DNA of 64,000 nt from an uncultured Pelagibacteraceae bacterium (GCA_902589175.1 CACIRX010000001.1:186938-250937); one strand, 5' to 3'. Positions 40,723 through 51,600 are shown, counted from the stretch's first letter. The notes: a model not told the origin generated them from the letters alone. Numbers and translations are program-made.

Positions 40723-41706
40723 TTAACCCCAACAAAGATCTTCCTTAACTAGCATCATACCGTTTTCATAAATTAGTCCATTTTTTCTATCATTAGCTAT
40801 AAAGCTAGGTCCATCGAGATCTATAAAATCAGCGTATTCATATAGCGGTAATAACGGCAACATTGATAAGGAACTGGAGACCATGCATCCAAGCATGATA
40901 TTTAGATCTAACTTTTTTGCTTCTTTGACTATTTTTATTGCTTCTGAAAGGCCGCCAGTTTTGTCGAGTTTAATATTTATCGTATTATATTTATTAGCCA
41001 TTTTTGCCAAATCAGAACTGTCATGAAATGACTCATCTGCACATATAGAAATAGGAAAATTTAATCCTTTTAACTCATTGTCATTTTCAGATATCAGTGG
41101 TTGTTCTATTAAATCAATCTTTGTTTTTGCAAATAAATCAGCGTTTGATTTTAAGTCATCTATATTGAATGCCTCGTTAGCATCAACGATTATTACTTTA
41201 TTTGGAGAAAGCTCTCTTGTTTTTGTTAAGATTTTGTGAAGATTGTTTTTATTAACTTTTAATTTTAATGTTGGAAATTCTTGATGATTGCTAACATCCT
41301 CTATCATTTTTTCTGGCTCATCTAATACTACAGTATAGCTACCAGGTAATGTAGTTGGCTTTGTTACTCCCATTAATTTCCAAATCGAGGTATTTTTCAT
41401 TTTGCATTTGAGATCCCACATCGCACAGTCTATTGCATTTCTCGCTGCTCCATTTTTTAAGAAACTATCAAGATTAGTTAAGTTGATATTACCTTTTTCA
41501 ATATCTGGTTTTAAATTGTTTATTTCCGAAGTTACGCTATCAATAGTTTCATCATACCTTTTATAAGGAACACACTCGCCATAACCATAAAAATTATTTG
41601 TTTCTATCTTTACTTCAATTGTTTCAGCTGTAGTTTTAGAGCCTCTAGAAATATTAAATGATTTATTTAAATCCCAAGATATATGCTTTATCTGAATATT
41701 TGACAT
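40723..41706 (-). CDS. dgcA: Dipeptide epimerase / N-acetyl-Glu racemase (enolase superfamily)
   Basis: KLK, DANE, EQP, DES, KLDKTGG, GCM, DLDG; adjacent to the DUF1611 gene. Confidence 0.8.
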   Translation of the reverse strand: MSNIQIKHISWDLNKSFNISRGSKTTAETIEVKIETNNFYGYGECVPYKRYDETIDSVTSEINNLKPDIEKGNINLTNLDSFLKNGAARNAIDCAMWDLKCKMKNTSIWKLMGVTKPTTLPGSYTVVLDEPEKMIEDVSNHQEFPTLKLKVNKNNLHKILTKTRELSPNKVIIVDANEAFNIDDLKSNADLFAKTKIDLIEQPLISENDNELKGLNFPISICADESFHDSSDLAKMANKYNTINIKLDKTGGLSEAIKIVKEAKKLDLNIMLGCMVSSSLSMLPLLPLYEYADFIDLDGPSFIANDRKNGLIYENGMMLVKEDLCWG

Positions 41707-41713
41707 TAATGTT

Positions 41714-42709
41714 TCAAATTTTTTCAATAATCCGAATGAATGGGTCAAGGCTGTCTTGTAAAGGGTCTAAACATGGTAAGCCATATTCTTTGGATAATCT
41801 GTCCTTATGATCACTTGCCTCAGACTGACAATTAGATGTATTAAGTGCAATGCCAATACATTGTATTTGGTTATTAGTAAGCTTACCATTTTGTATTGTC
41901 TGATCGATAACTTCTCTGATGCTCGGTAAAGGTGTATCCACGCCCCTCATATTAGTTCGTGTTGGTTCATGACATACAACAAATGCATCCGGTTGGCTTC
42001 CATGAAGCAATCCTAGTGAAACTCCTGCGAATGAAGGGTGAAACAGAGATCCTTGACCTTCAATAATATCCCAGTGATTATTATCATTATCAGGCGATAA
42101 CCATTCGACTGCTCCTGAGATAAAATCAGAAACAATAGCATCAATTGCAATGCCACTTTCTGCAATTAAGATTCCAGTTTGTCCAGTTGCTTTGAAAGAT
42201 GCATCTATTTGACTACTCTGCATCGCTCTTTCAATTGCGAGTGCTGTATATTTCTTTCCCACAGAACAGTCTGTTCCAACAGTAAGTAGTCTTTTGCCTG
42301 ATCGTTTTATTCCTTTTCCTGTCTGAAATTGTTTATTACTAAACCGTAAATCATGAAGTTGAACATTATTTCTTTCAGCCGCTTCTGCAATTTCACTAAA
42401 CGAGGATAGTTTTGTATGCATTCCACTGGCTACATTCATTCCAGATGATATTGCATTAATTATAATAGATTTCCATTCTTCAGGCATAACGCCCCCGGCA
42501 TTCACCACGCCAATAACAAATGTCTTGGCGCCATTCTTAACAGCTTCTTCTATACTCATTTCCTTTAAACCTAAGCTAGATTTGGCATTTGGAAGGCTCA
42601 TTTGACCGATACACCAATCTGGACGCCAGTAATTAATTCCTGCAGCAGTCTTTATTGCCAAATCATCTTTTGCGTCTCCAAGAAATAATAAATACGGTTT
42701 TGATATCAT
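41714..42709 (-). CDS. dgcN: DUF1611 protein / D-glutamate N-acetyltransferase
   Basis: GTDCSVGKK, ATGQTGILI, EGQGSLFHP, LLHGSQPD. Confidence 0.85.
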   Translation of the reverse strand: MISKPYLLFLGDAKDDLAIKTAAGINYWRPDWCIGQMSLPNAKSSLGLKEMSIEEAVKNGAKTFVIGVVNAGGVMPEEWKSIIINAISSGMNVASGMHTKLSSFSEIAEAAERNNVQLHDLRFSNKQFQTGKGIKRSGKRLLTVGTDCSVGKKYTALAIERAMQSSQIDASFKATGQTGILIAESGIAIDAIVSDFISGAVEWLSPDNDNNHWDIIEGQGSLFHPSFAGVSLGLLHGSQPDAFVVCHEPTRTNMRGVDTPLPSIREVIDQTIQNGKLTNNQIQCIGIALNTSNCQSEASDHKDRLSKEYGLPCLDPLQDSLDPFIRIIEKI

Positions 42710-42730
42710 GTTAATAAGTTAATGTTTGAA

Positions 42731-42762
42731 TGGGGATAAGTGTGCTTAATTCGTGTGGATAA
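42731..42762. promoter_or_regulatory. Two DnaA-box-like sites
   Basis: TGTGGATAA (perfect) at 42754-42762 and TGGGGATAA (one mismatch) at 42731-42739, same orientation. Confidence 0.6.
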
Positions 42763-42783
42763 CTTTTTTGCATAAATAATCCC

Positions 42784-42812
42784 TTGTTTCAAAAAAAATA
42801 CCTTCCTAGAAT
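42784..42812 (+). promoter_or_regulatory. Putative sigma70 promoter
   Basis: TTGTTT-N17-TAGAAT. Confidence 0.55.
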
Positions 42813-42817
42813 TACAG

Positions 42818-42905
42818 TTCGCAATGAGACGTTCATGCGTTTCGGGGTTCGACCGGCCCCAGAAAAAGCGCTAAAGTGAGAAAATTCTTGCTTTGGCGCT
42901 TTTTT
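42818..42905 (+). ncRNA. Candidate small RNA or attenuating leader with three hairpins ending in an intrinsic terminator
   Basis: GC-rich patch in an AT-rich spacer; stems at 42826-42843, 42844-42860 and 42863-42904; the G.U pairs work only on the + strand; T6 tail. Confidence 0.6.
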
Positions 42906-42960
42906 GATGTATTTGATCCCCTTAAGCAATGCATTTTTAAATATTCTTAAAAAAATCTCA

Positions 42961-43281
42961 ATGGCAAAGATCAAATATATCGAATTTAGCGGCGCGGAGC
43001 ACGAAATTGATGTTAGTAGTGGGCTGACTGTCATGGAGGGTGCGATCAAGAATAAAATACCTGGTATTGATGCAGATTGTGGCGGTGCATGTGCATGTGC
43101 TACTTGTCATGTATATGTAGCAAAAGAATGGATAGAAAAACTGCCTCCGAAAGAGGACTCTGAGGAAGATATGTTGGATTTTGCTTTCGACGTTAGAGAT
43201 AACAGCAGATTAAGTTGTCAAATTACTGTCTCTGATGAGCTAGACGGTTTAATTGTTAATATGCCTGAGAAGCAGTTTTAA
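42961..43281 (+). CDS. 2Fe-2S ferredoxin (adrenodoxin/putidaredoxin type)
   Basis: [11 protein letters not shown]...RLSCQ; start MAKIKY. Confidence 0.93.
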   Translation: MAKIKYIEFSGAEHEIDVSSGLTVMEGAIKNKIPGIDADCGGACACATCHVYVAKEWIEKLPPKEDSEEDMLDFAFDVRDNSRLSCQITVSDELDGLIVNMPEKQF

Positions 43282-43805
43282 GAACCCTCAAGTTTACAGT
43301 CTAAACTATTTTGTATCTCATTTAATTTATCAAGTTTAGAACCATTTCCTATAAATTGTCTCATTAACATAAGGCCTTTATTAGACGGGGAAACAACAAT
43401 AAACCCGTCATTTACCTTTGTTGGCATAGAATTTGGTCCAAACAAATAAATTTTAAGCTTACCAAAGTTGTGCGCATTTTCATTTATTGTAGAAAAGTTG
43501 TCAGTGTTTTCTGAAAAGAATGATATCGACCAGTAAGACTCAGGTACTTCAGTTTCTATAACCAATGGAAAGTAAGTAACGTCATAAGCACATCCACCAT
43601 AAAGTATGTCAGCGCTTGGTCTTATAACTTCAGTAAATTCTGAGTTAGGTAAATCACGAGCAAATGAATTATTAATCATATTTTGCTCTTCCCAATTTCT
43701 GCCGATAAACTTCATCATTAAACTAGGTGTGTAGTAAATTATCACTAAATGAAGTGAAAACCCAATGAATACAAGTGCAAATAATTTTTTAACTAAATTA
43801 CTCAT
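43278..43805 (-). CDS. DUF1254-like membrane-anchored protein
   Basis: N-terminal TM; P.AD..Y..C.YDV, YWSISF; paired with the DUF1214-like gene. Confidence 0.7.
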   Translation of the reverse strand: MSNLVKKLFALVFIGFSLHLVIIYYTPSLMMKFIGRNWEEQNMINNSFARDLPNSEFTEVIRPSADILYGGCAYDVTYFPLVIETEVPESYWSISFFSENTDNFSTINENAHNFGKLKIYLFGPNSMPTKVNDGFIVVSPSNKGLMLMRQFIGNGSKLDKLNEIQNSLDCKLEGS

Positions 43806-44397
43806 CACCACACTCCAATTTTTCAATAACTGGCAAATCCACTCTCTTCAATTTTGAGAAATATTCTTCACCTGGTAAATAAATTCTTAATGCGACGGAA
43901 AAACTCTCATCACTAGGTGTTCTCATCCAATTTTTATCAGCTACTTTTGAAATAAAATTATTGTCATTAGTTAAAAAAATATCGAACCCGCCATCGATAT
44001 TGAAATCAATTGTTTCACTATTTAAAGCATATATTTTTTCATTATTTTCAACTAAATAACCGTCCTCATTGTAGACGGTGATACTCCACCATCTAGATTC
44101 AATATCATTTCCAAATAAATGATAATTGCAGTTGCCTTGTAATTCTAGTTCTTCAATGTCATTAAATGCATGGAAATATGCAGCTTCAGGCTTTGCCAAA
44201 GCAAATGTTCCTCTCATTGCGACAGCGGCCCTTGTGTAAATATCTCTATTTTTATCGCCTGGAGATGGCAAAATTTGCCAATTGTCGTTCTTGATAAATG
44301 CAAATTCTTCGTAAAGCTTGGCGGAGGCATAAGTAAAGGCTACAGCAATCAATATTACTGCAATTAAATATAATAGGTATCTGCGCAATAAAATCAT
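43798..44397 (-). CDS. DUF1214-like membrane-anchored protein
   Basis: YTRA.VA, EA.YF, WWSITVY, NW, LRIYLP. Confidence 0.78.
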   Translation of the reverse strand: MILLRRYLLYLIAVILIAVAFTYASAKLYEEFAFIKNDNWQILPSPGDKNRDIYTRAAVAMRGTFALAKPEAAYFHAFNDIEELELQGNCNYHLFGNDIESRWWSITVYNEDGYLVENNEKIYALNSETIDFNIDGGFDIFLTNDNNFISKVADKNWMRTPSDESFSVALRIYLPGEEYFSKLKRVDLPVIEKLECGDE

Positions 44398-44449
44398 TGT
44401 ATAATCAATAAGTAATATTATTTATTATCATATAACAAGGAATAAATAT

Positions 44450-45475
44450 ATGTCTGAAACTATCAAGACAGATTGTCTAATAATTGGAGCAGGCCCTGTG
44501 GGTCTGTTTGCAGTATTTGAGTTGGGTATATTAGGACTTGATAGTCACGTTGTAGATAATCTTGACAAAATTGGAGGACAATGTGCTGAGTTATATCCAG
44601 ACAAACCAATTTACGATATACCTGCGCTTCCAGAGTGTACTGGATTGTCATTAATTGAAAATTTACAAAAACAAATCAAGCCATTTAATACGCCGTTTCA
44701 CCTAAATGAAAGAATTGATGAAATAATAAATACTGGCGACTTATGGAAACTTAAAACTACGGGCAATAAAGTTTTTGAAACTCCTAATATATTTATAGCT
44801 GGTGGCGTTGGCTCATTCGAGCCACGAAAACCACCAATTGAAAATGTATCTAAATATGAAAATAAAGGTATTCAATATTCGATACCTGATAAAAACTTTT
44901 ATAAAGATAAAAAGATTATAATTTTTGGTGGAGGTGATAGCGCGCTTGACTGGACCGTTGAACTTTCAAAAATTGCTTCTCATGTAACATTAGTTCATAG
45001 ACGTGAAGAGTTTAAAGCAGCTAATCACACGGTTAATTTAATGAAACAACTTGTTAAAGAAGGTCAAGTTGACTTGATCACAAAAAATCAGATTAGTGAT
45101 GTTAAGGGTAGTGATACAATTGAAAAAGCAATCATAAAAGATAATGACGGAAATGAAAAAATTATAGATTGTGACGAAATCTTAATTTTTTATGGACTTA
45201 AAATGGAGCTAGGACCCATTAATGATTGGGGCCTAAATTTGAATGAAAAACAAATTGAGGTAAATACGGAAAATTTTGAAACGAATTTATCAGGTGTATT
45301 TGCAATGGGAGACATTTCTTATTACCCAGGTAAACTAAAGTTAATTCTATCAGGCTTTCATGAAGCCGCCCTAGCAGCACAGAAAGCATTTATACGCGCT
45401 AGACCAGATGAAACGCTAACTTTTCGATACACAACGTCATCAAGCGATATTCAAAAAAAATTAGGTGTAAAATAA
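44450..45475 (+). CDS. Ferredoxin-NADP(+) reductase (TrxB-like, no CxxC)
   Basis: GAGPVG, GGQC..LYPDKPIYD, GGGDSALDW, YPGKLKLI. Confidence 0.9.
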   Translation: MSETIKTDCLIIGAGPVGLFAVFELGILGLDSHVVDNLDKIGGQCAELYPDKPIYDIPALPECTGLSLIENLQKQIKPFNTPFHLNERIDEIINTGDLWKLKTTGNKVFETPNIFIAGGVGSFEPRKPPIENVSKYENKGIQYSIPDKNFYKDKKIIIFGGGDSALDWTVELSKIASHVTLVHRREEFKAANHTVNLMKQLVKEGQVDLITKNQISDVKGSDTIEKAIIKDNDGNEKIIDCDEILIFYGLKMELGPINDWGLNLNEKQIEVNTENFETNLSGVFAMGDISYYPGKLKLILSGFHEAALAAQKAFIRARPDETLTFRYTTSSSDIQKKLGVK

Positions 45476-46102
45476 TTGCTGCAAAAACTATACGATAAAT
45501 ATATTTGTCCGCATCTCATTAATTATGCGATGCAAATGAAACCATTCAGAAAACAAAGAGAAAAAGTAATACCCTTTGCGTCTGGTAGAATATTAGAAAT
45601 AGGTATTGGTTCAGGATTAAATTTTAATTATTACAATAAAGCAAATGTTTCTGAGGTGTTTGCTGTTGAGCCAGACGGCGTGCTGTTGAAAAAAGCAAAA
45701 CAAAATGCAGAATTAAACAATATAGATTTGAATATCCAACAACTTAAGGCTGAGGAGTTGCCTTTCGATAATAACTCATTTGATACAGTGATTAGTACTT
45801 ACACAATGTGTTCCATTTCTGGTTTAGGCAGTGCCATGTCTGAAATAAACAGAGTTATGAAACCAAACGCTAAATTTCTATTCTCTGAACATGGCAAATC
45901 TCCTGACTCAAATGTTTTGAAATGGCAAAAAAGAATGAACGGGATTCAAAAAAGGATAGCGGGCGGTTGTCATCTTGATGTAGATATTCCAAATGAAATA
46001 ACGAAAGCTAATTTTAAAATAGATAAAATAGACTGCATGTATGTTCCTGGACCAAAATTTTTAAGCTATCATTACTGGGGCGCCGCTAGTCCGCTAAAAT
46101 AA
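45476..46102 (+). CDS. Class I SAM-dependent methyltransferase
   Basis: LEIGIGSG, FDTV, EHG, GGCHL. Confidence 0.87.
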   Translation: MLQKLYDKYICPHLINYAMQMKPFRKQREKVIPFASGRILEIGIGSGLNFNYYNKANVSEVFAVEPDGVLLKKAKQNAELNNIDLNIQQLKAEELPFDNNSFDTVISTYTMCSISGLGSAMSEINRVMKPNAKFLFSEHGKSPDSNVLKWQKRMNGIQKRIAGGCHLDVDIPNEITKANFKIDKIDCMYVPGPKFLSYHYWGAASPLK

Positions 46103-46105
46103 GTT

Positions 46106-46735
46106 ATGTTGATGCGACAAACTTTGGATTATGTTTTTTCAAATGCTGAAAGAAACAATCCGAAATCTATACTGCAAACAATAGATAATTTTGTGTTAGA
46201 GAGTGGTCAATTCTTAATGAATGTCGGTCCAGAAAAAGGAGAAATTTTAAAAAATCATCTTTTAAAGTCAGAACCAAATAATGTAATAGAGTTAGGAACT
46301 TTTATTGGATATTCAGCAGTATTAATCTCATCAACTATTGGAGAAAAAAGTCAATTAACTTCGATTGACTCAGACATTCACTCTATAGAAATAGCGAAAG
46401 AATTAATTAACTTTGCTGGACTAGATCATAAAGTAAGCTTGATGCACGGAAGTGCTGAGGAAATAATACCAAAATTAAATTTCAATGCTGATTTTGTATT
46501 TATTGACCATGCGAAGAAAAAATATCTTTCGGATTTAAAACTTTTGGAATCAAAGGGCATAATTGTCAAAAATTCTGTGGTATTTGCTGATAATGTTGGG
46601 ATTTTTAAAGATGAAATGGCTGAATATTTCGACCATGTGAGAGAATCCGGGGAATATCTGTCTCAAAATTTTAGCTCGAAATTAGAGTATAGAAATAATA
46701 TATATGATGCAGTGGAAATATCGATTAAGAATTAA
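46106..46735 (+). CDS. Catechol O-methyltransferase-like protein
   Basis: MNVGPEKG, ELGTFIGYS, FIDH.K..Y, ADNV. Confidence 0.85.
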   Translation: MLMRQTLDYVFSNAERNNPKSILQTIDNFVLESGQFLMNVGPEKGEILKNHLLKSEPNNVIELGTFIGYSAVLISSTIGEKSQLTSIDSDIHSIEIAKELINFAGLDHKVSLMHGSAEEIIPKLNFNADFVFIDHAKKKYLSDLKLLESKGIIVKNSVVFADNVGIFKDEMAEYFDHVRESGEYLSQNFSSKLEYRNNIYDAVEISIKN

Positions 46736-46740
46736 TATCA

Positions 46741-48207
46741 ATGGAAAATAGCAATCATTTTAATGTAATTGTAATTGGCGCTGGAATCTCGGGTATAGGA
46801 GCTGGATATTACTTAAAAAAAAATTGTCCTAATAAATCCTTTTGTATTATTGAAGGGAGAGAGAATATAGGCGGTACATGGGACTTATTTAAATATCCAG
46901 GAATAAGATCTGACTCCGATATGTTTACACTCGGGTATGCATTTAAGCCATGGAAAGAGCAAAAAACAATTGCGAACGGACCTTCCATCTTAAGTTATTT
47001 AGAAGAAACAGTTGAAGAAAATAATTTACGCGAAAAAATAAAATTTAGTCATAAAGTCTTAAGCGCAAACTGGAATTCAGCAGAGCGAAATTGGGAAGTA
47101 AGAGCTGCTCATCATGAGCAGGAAATATTATTAACAGCAAATTTTCTATTCATGGGGACAGGATACTATAATTATGATGAAGGATACACACCTGAATTTG
47201 ATGACCTAGACAAGTACGAAGGTAAATTAATACATCCTCAGAAGTGGCCTGAAAATTTTGACTACACAGATAAGAAAATGGTTGTTATCGGTAGTGGCGC
47301 AACAGCAGCAACTATAGTTCCCGAACTATCAAAAAAAGCTAAACACGTAACGATGTTACAACGTTCACCAACATATTATTTTCCAAGTCCAGATGAAGAT
47401 AGATTTGCGAATTTTTTAAAAAAAGTTTTACCACAAAAAATGTCTTACACTCTTGTTAGGTTACGAAATGTATTCTTTCAGCAGCTTCTCTACAGAATTT
47501 GTAGATCATATCCAAAATATGTAAAACGAAAGCTCATAGATGGAGTTAAAGAATTATTGCCTAATCACGATATTTCAAAACATTTTACTCCGCGATATTA
47601 TCCATGGGAACAGAGGATGTGTCTTATTCCAAATGGCGATTTGTTTGAGTCCATAAGAGACAATAGAGCGTCAGTCGTTACAGATCATATCGATAAGTTT
47701 ACTAGCAAGGGAATAAAGCTAAAATCTGGGCAAAATATTGAAGCTGATGTTGTCGTAACTGCTACAGGCTTAAACTTACAATCTTTTGGCGGTGTCCAAG
47801 TTCATATCGACGGCAAATTGGTCGAGCCTTCTGAAACAATGACTTATAAAAGTATGATGTTCAGCGGTATTCCAAATTTCGTAAATTCTTTTGGTTATAT
47901 TAATGCATCTTGGACCTTGAAAGCGGATTTAACCTGTGAATATGCTTGTAGATTAATTAATTATCTTGATAAGAATAACTACAGTCATTGTGTACCAAGG
48001 GTTCCAGTGGATGTGAAAGCTGAAAAAGATTGGCTCGCGACTGAGTTTTCCTCAGGATATATACATCGAGCTATTCATTTATTCCCCCAACAAGGCAGCA
48101 GGTCACCATGGATCAATACACAAAATTATTTTAAAGATTTCCTTGGTATTAAATTTGGCAGACTAAATGACGACTCTATTCATTTTCTTAAGCGTCGGCG
48201 GCTTTAG
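46741..48207 (+). CDS. Baeyer-Villiger/EthA-type flavin monooxygenase
   Basis: GAGISG, GGTWDLFKYPGIRSDSD, YEGKLIHPQKWP fingerprint, GSGATA. Confidence 0.92.
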   Translation: MENSNHFNVIVIGAGISGIGAGYYLKKNCPNKSFCIIEGRENIGGTWDLFKYPGIRSDSDMFTLGYAFKPWKEQKTIANGPSILSYLEETVEENNLREKIKFSHKVLSANWNSAERNWEVRAAHHEQEILLTANFLFMGTGYYNYDEGYTPEFDDLDKYEGKLIHPQKWPENFDYTDKKMVVIGSGATAATIVPELSKKAKHVTMLQRSPTYYFPSPDEDRFANFLKKVLPQKMSYTLVRLRNVFFQQLLYRICRSYPKYVKRKLIDGVKELLPNHDISKHFTPRYYPWEQRMCLIPNGDLFESIRDNRASVVTDHIDKFTSKGIKLKSGQNIEADVVVTATGLNLQSFGGVQVHIDGKLVEPSETMTYKSMMFSGIPNFVNSFGYINASWTLKADLTCEYACRLINYLDKNNYSHCVPRVPVDVKAEKDWLATEFSSGYIHRAIHLFPQQGSRSPWINTQNYFKDFLGIKFGRLNDDSIHFLKRRRL

Positions 48208-49831
48208 CCATTTCTCTCAGTTCGTATTTTAATATCTTACCTGTTGAAGTTTTTGGTAGTTCAGTAAAAACGACTTTTTTAGGACACTTAAAGCCAGCAA
48301 GAGTTTCTTTGCAAAACGAAATAATATCGCCTTCACTCACGCTATCATTTTGATCTTTTAATTCGATAAAAGCACATGGTGTTTCACCCCATTTTTCATC
48401 TGGTTTTGCAACCACTGCAGCAAATAATACAGATGGATGTTTATAAAGTGTATTTTCTATTTCAACTGATGAGACATTTTCACCACCAGAGATGATTATA
48501 TCTTTACTTCTATCTTTTATTTGAATGTAACCATTTGGATGCATTACAGCCAGATCACCTGAGTGAAACCAGCCTCCTGCCATAGCTTTATCTGTTTCTT
48601 CCTTATTTTTTAAATATCCCTTCATTACACAGTTGCCGCGTATCATGATCTCACCTATTTCTTCACCGTCATTCTTAACGTGCTCCATAGTCTCAGGGTT
48701 CATAATTGCTAGGCCATCCATCATAGGAAACTTTACGCCCTGCCTTGATCTAAGCTTTGACTGTTCTTCAACTGATAGCTCATTCCATTCATCCTGCCAT
48801 GCGCATAATGAAATATGTCCGTATGTTTCAGTCAGTCCATAAACATGAGTAACGTCAAAACCCATTTTTTGAACCGCTTCTAATGTGGCTGCGGGTGGAG
48901 GAGCTCCTGCTGTGACTACATATACTTGTTGAGAGTATTCTCTTTTTTCCTCAGATGTTGCTTGTGCTAGAAAATTTAGAACAATTGGTGCGCCACCAAA
49001 ATGTGTTACTTTATGATCTGCAATAGCATCAAACATATTTTTAGCTGAAACATATCTAAGGCATACACTCGTGCCTGCTAGGGCTGTAAGCGTGTAGGGA
49101 TTACCCCAACCATTACAATGAAACATTGGAACAACCCACATATAAGTAGGATGCATTGGCATACTAAAAGCAGTAACAGATCCAAGTGCCATCAAGTATG
49201 AGCCTCTGTGATGATAAACAACCCCTTTTGGTAATCCAGTGGTGCCTGACGTATAGTTGAGCGCTAATGATTGCCATTCATCATCTGGCAAACTCCATTC
49301 AAGATCACTGTCACCTGTTAAAAGAAAATCCTCGTAATTAATTTCTCCAAGATTCTCTCCAGCTCCCTCAGGATGATTTGCTAGCTCATCATCAATATCT
49401 ATTACAAGAATTTTATTTTTCATCTTATCGAGTACTTGTTTTATCGTCGGTGAAAGCTCATTGTCAGTAATCAATGCTTTTGCTTCACCGTGCTCAAGAA
49501 TATAGCTAATTGTATCTACGTCTAATCTGATGTTTATCGTATTTAATACAGCGCCTATCATCGGAACACCAAAATGTGTCTCATATATTTCAGGAGTATT
49601 AAAACATAGAACCGCAACAGTATCTCCCTTTCCTATACCTCTTTTAGAAAGTGCGCTAGCAAGTTGTTTGCTTCTTTTATATGTTTCAGACCATGTAAAT
49701 TGTTTTTTGCCATGTATAATCGAAGTTCTGTTTGGATAAACTTCCGCTGCTCGTATGAGAAAACTTAAAGGAGACAACGGTGTAAAATTTGCATCGTTTT
49801 TGTCTAGATTTGTATCATACATGTGAGCCAT
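48188..49831 (-). CDS. Acyl-CoA synthetase (AMP-forming)
   Basis: YTSGTTGLPKG, YGLTE, HSGD, ISGGEN, PKTSTGKI. Confidence 0.92.
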   Translation of the reverse strand: MAHMYDTNLDKNDANFTPLSPLSFLIRAAEVYPNRTSIIHGKKQFTWSETYKRSKQLASALSKRGIGKGDTVAVLCFNTPEIYETHFGVPMIGAVLNTINIRLDVDTISYILEHGEAKALITDNELSPTIKQVLDKMKNKILVIDIDDELANHPEGAGENLGEINYEDFLLTGDSDLEWSLPDDEWQSLALNYTSGTTGLPKGVVYHHRGSYLMALGSVTAFSMPMHPTYMWVVPMFHCNGWGNPYTLTALAGTSVCLRYVSAKNMFDAIADHKVTHFGGAPIVLNFLAQATSEEKREYSQQVYVVTAGAPPPAATLEAVQKMGFDVTHVYGLTETYGHISLCAWQDEWNELSVEEQSKLRSRQGVKFPMMDGLAIMNPETMEHVKNDGEEIGEIMIRGNCVMKGYLKNKEETDKAMAGGWFHSGDLAVMHPNGYIQIKDRSKDIIISGGENVSSVEIENTLYKHPSVLFAAVVAKPDEKWGETPCAFIELKDQNDSVSEGDIISFCKETLAGFKCPKKVVFTELPKTSTGKILKYELREMAKAADA

Positions 49832-51498
49832 TAAAACAATCCCTCTATGTCGCCATTTTTATTTAAGTGTATAGCATTTGCAGCTGGAACTCTAGGCAGA
49901 CCTGGCATAGTCATAATCTTATCGCATACAACTACAAGAAATTCTGCACCAGCTGCTAGTCTAACTTCTCTGATAGGAACTACATGGTCTTTTGGAGCGC
50001 CTCTTAGATTTGGATCAGTTGAGAAGCTGTATTGAGTTTTAGCTACACATATCGGGTAATGGCCATATTTTTCCTCCAGGTCGTCAAACTGCGTTCTTAT
50101 TTTTTGGTCAGCAATAATATCGCTCGCTCCATATATTTCTTGTGCAATTTTTTTCATCTTATCCCACAATTTCATTTCGTCCGGATACAGGTGCTTTATC
50201 TTTGGAGCATTTTGCTCAGTAATTTCTACTATGTGCTTTGCTAGGTCCTCTGTGCCTGCACCACCATTGCTCCAATGTGTGCAATTAAATGACTTTACAT
50301 TTAATGAATCACAGCAGTCGCTGATTGCTGACAATTCTTTTTCACTGTCAGATATGAAATGATTAATAGCAACTGTAACAGGCGCCCCATACATTTGCAT
50401 ATTTGCAATGTGCTGCTTTAAATTTGATAAACCTTTTTTTACAGCTTCAACATTTTCATTTTTTAATTCTTTTTTATCCATACCGCCATGCATTTTTAAC
50501 GCTCGAACTGTTGCAACTATTACTATTGCTGAAGGATTTAATTTTCCTTTACGGCACTTTATGTCTAAAAATTTTTCTGCTCCAAGATCTGCGCCAAAGC
50601 CTGCTTCTGTTACAACATAATCACTTAATTTAAGAGCAGTTTGAGTAGCAACTAAAGAATTGCATCCATGGGCAATATTTGCAAAAGGACCCCCATGAAT
50701 GATGGCAGGATTTTTCTCCAGTGTTTGAACAAGATTAGGTAAGAAAGCATCTTTTAGCAAAGTAGTCATCGCGCCGTCTGCATTTAAGTCTCGCGCCGTA
50801 ATTTCTTTTTTCTCCCTTGTATAACCAACAATGATATTGCCAAGTCTATTTTGTAAATCGTCTAAACTTGTAGATAAACAAAAAATTGCCATCACTTCAG
50901 ATGCAACAGTAATATCGAATTTATCCTCACGAGGGTATCCGTTGGCTATACCGCCTAAATTAACATTAATATTTCTTAAAGCACGATCATTTAAATCTAC
51001 AACACGTCCCCAAACCACTCTTCTTGTATCAATTCCTAAATCGTTTCCCCAATAAATATGATTATCAATCATCGATGCAAGGAGGTTATGTGCTGATGTG
51101 ATCGCATGGAAATCACCTGTGAAATGTAAATTAATTTTATCCATTGGTACTACTTGGGCGTAACCGCCTCCTGCAGCACCCCCTTTGACACCAAAGCAAG
51201 GTCCTAAACTAGGTTCTCTCAAGCATACCAATGATTGTTTTCCAATTTTATTTAAGCCATCACTAAGACCGACTGATGTAGTAGTCTTTCCTTCACCCGC
51301 TGGGGTAGGCGAAATGGCCGTCACTAAAATGAGTTTTCCGTTTTTGCTATTACTTTCTATATTTTGAGTATCAATTTTAGCAATGTGGTGGCCAAATTTT
51401 TGGAGATTTTGATCATTTAAGTCTAATTTTGAAGCAATTTCTTCAATAGGAATCATGCTATTTTCTCTAGCAATTTCAATATCTGAGAGTACAGCCAT
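49831..51498 (-). CDS. fhs: Formate-tetrahydrofolate ligase
   Basis: [34 protein letters not shown]; start MAVLSD. Confidence 0.97.
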   Translation of the reverse strand: MAVLSDIEIARENSMIPIEEIASKLDLNDQNLQKFGHHIAKIDTQNIESNSKNGKLILVTAISPTPAGEGKTTTSVGLSDGLNKIGKQSLVCLREPSLGPCFGVKGGAAGGGYAQVVPMDKINLHFTGDFHAITSAHNLLASMIDNHIYWGNDLGIDTRRVVWGRVVDLNDRALRNINVNLGGIANGYPREDKFDITVASEVMAIFCLSTSLDDLQNRLGNIIVGYTREKKEITARDLNADGAMTTLLKDAFLPNLVQTLEKNPAIIHGGPFANIAHGCNSLVATQTALKLSDYVVTEAGFGADLGAEKFLDIKCRKGKLNPSAIVIVATVRALKMHGGMDKKELKNENVEAVKKGLSNLKQHIANMQMYGAPVTVAINHFISDSEKELSAISDCCDSLNVKSFNCTHWSNGGAGTEDLAKHIVEITEQNAPKIKHLYPDEMKLWDKMKKIAQEIYGASDIIADQKIRTQFDDLEEKYGHYPICVAKTQYSFSTDPNLRGAPKDHVVPIREVRLAAGAEFLVVVCDKIMTMPGLPRVPAANAIHLNKNGDIEGLF

Positions 51499-51600
51499 AA
51501 ATAATACTAATATTAAAAACCTAGACAACTTAAGAACTTTACAGATAGGAGTCTACAAAAATGTATTGCTATAGAACAAATTTTTACTTAAGTTTTGTTT

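Noticed and set aside
42844-42860. tRNA remnant (GGTTCGA T-loop-like)
   Set aside because: No cloverleaf, acceptor stem or CCA.
42731-42960. Replication origin
   Set aside because: Only two DnaA boxes, no typical oriC-flanking genes, and GC skew could not be computed. A regulated promoter is the simpler reading.
42789-43049. 86-aa minus-strand ORF and the extended N-terminus of the ferredoxin (42904)
   Set aside because: It is antisense to the ferredoxin and the structured RNA; ferredoxin homology begins at ATG 42961.
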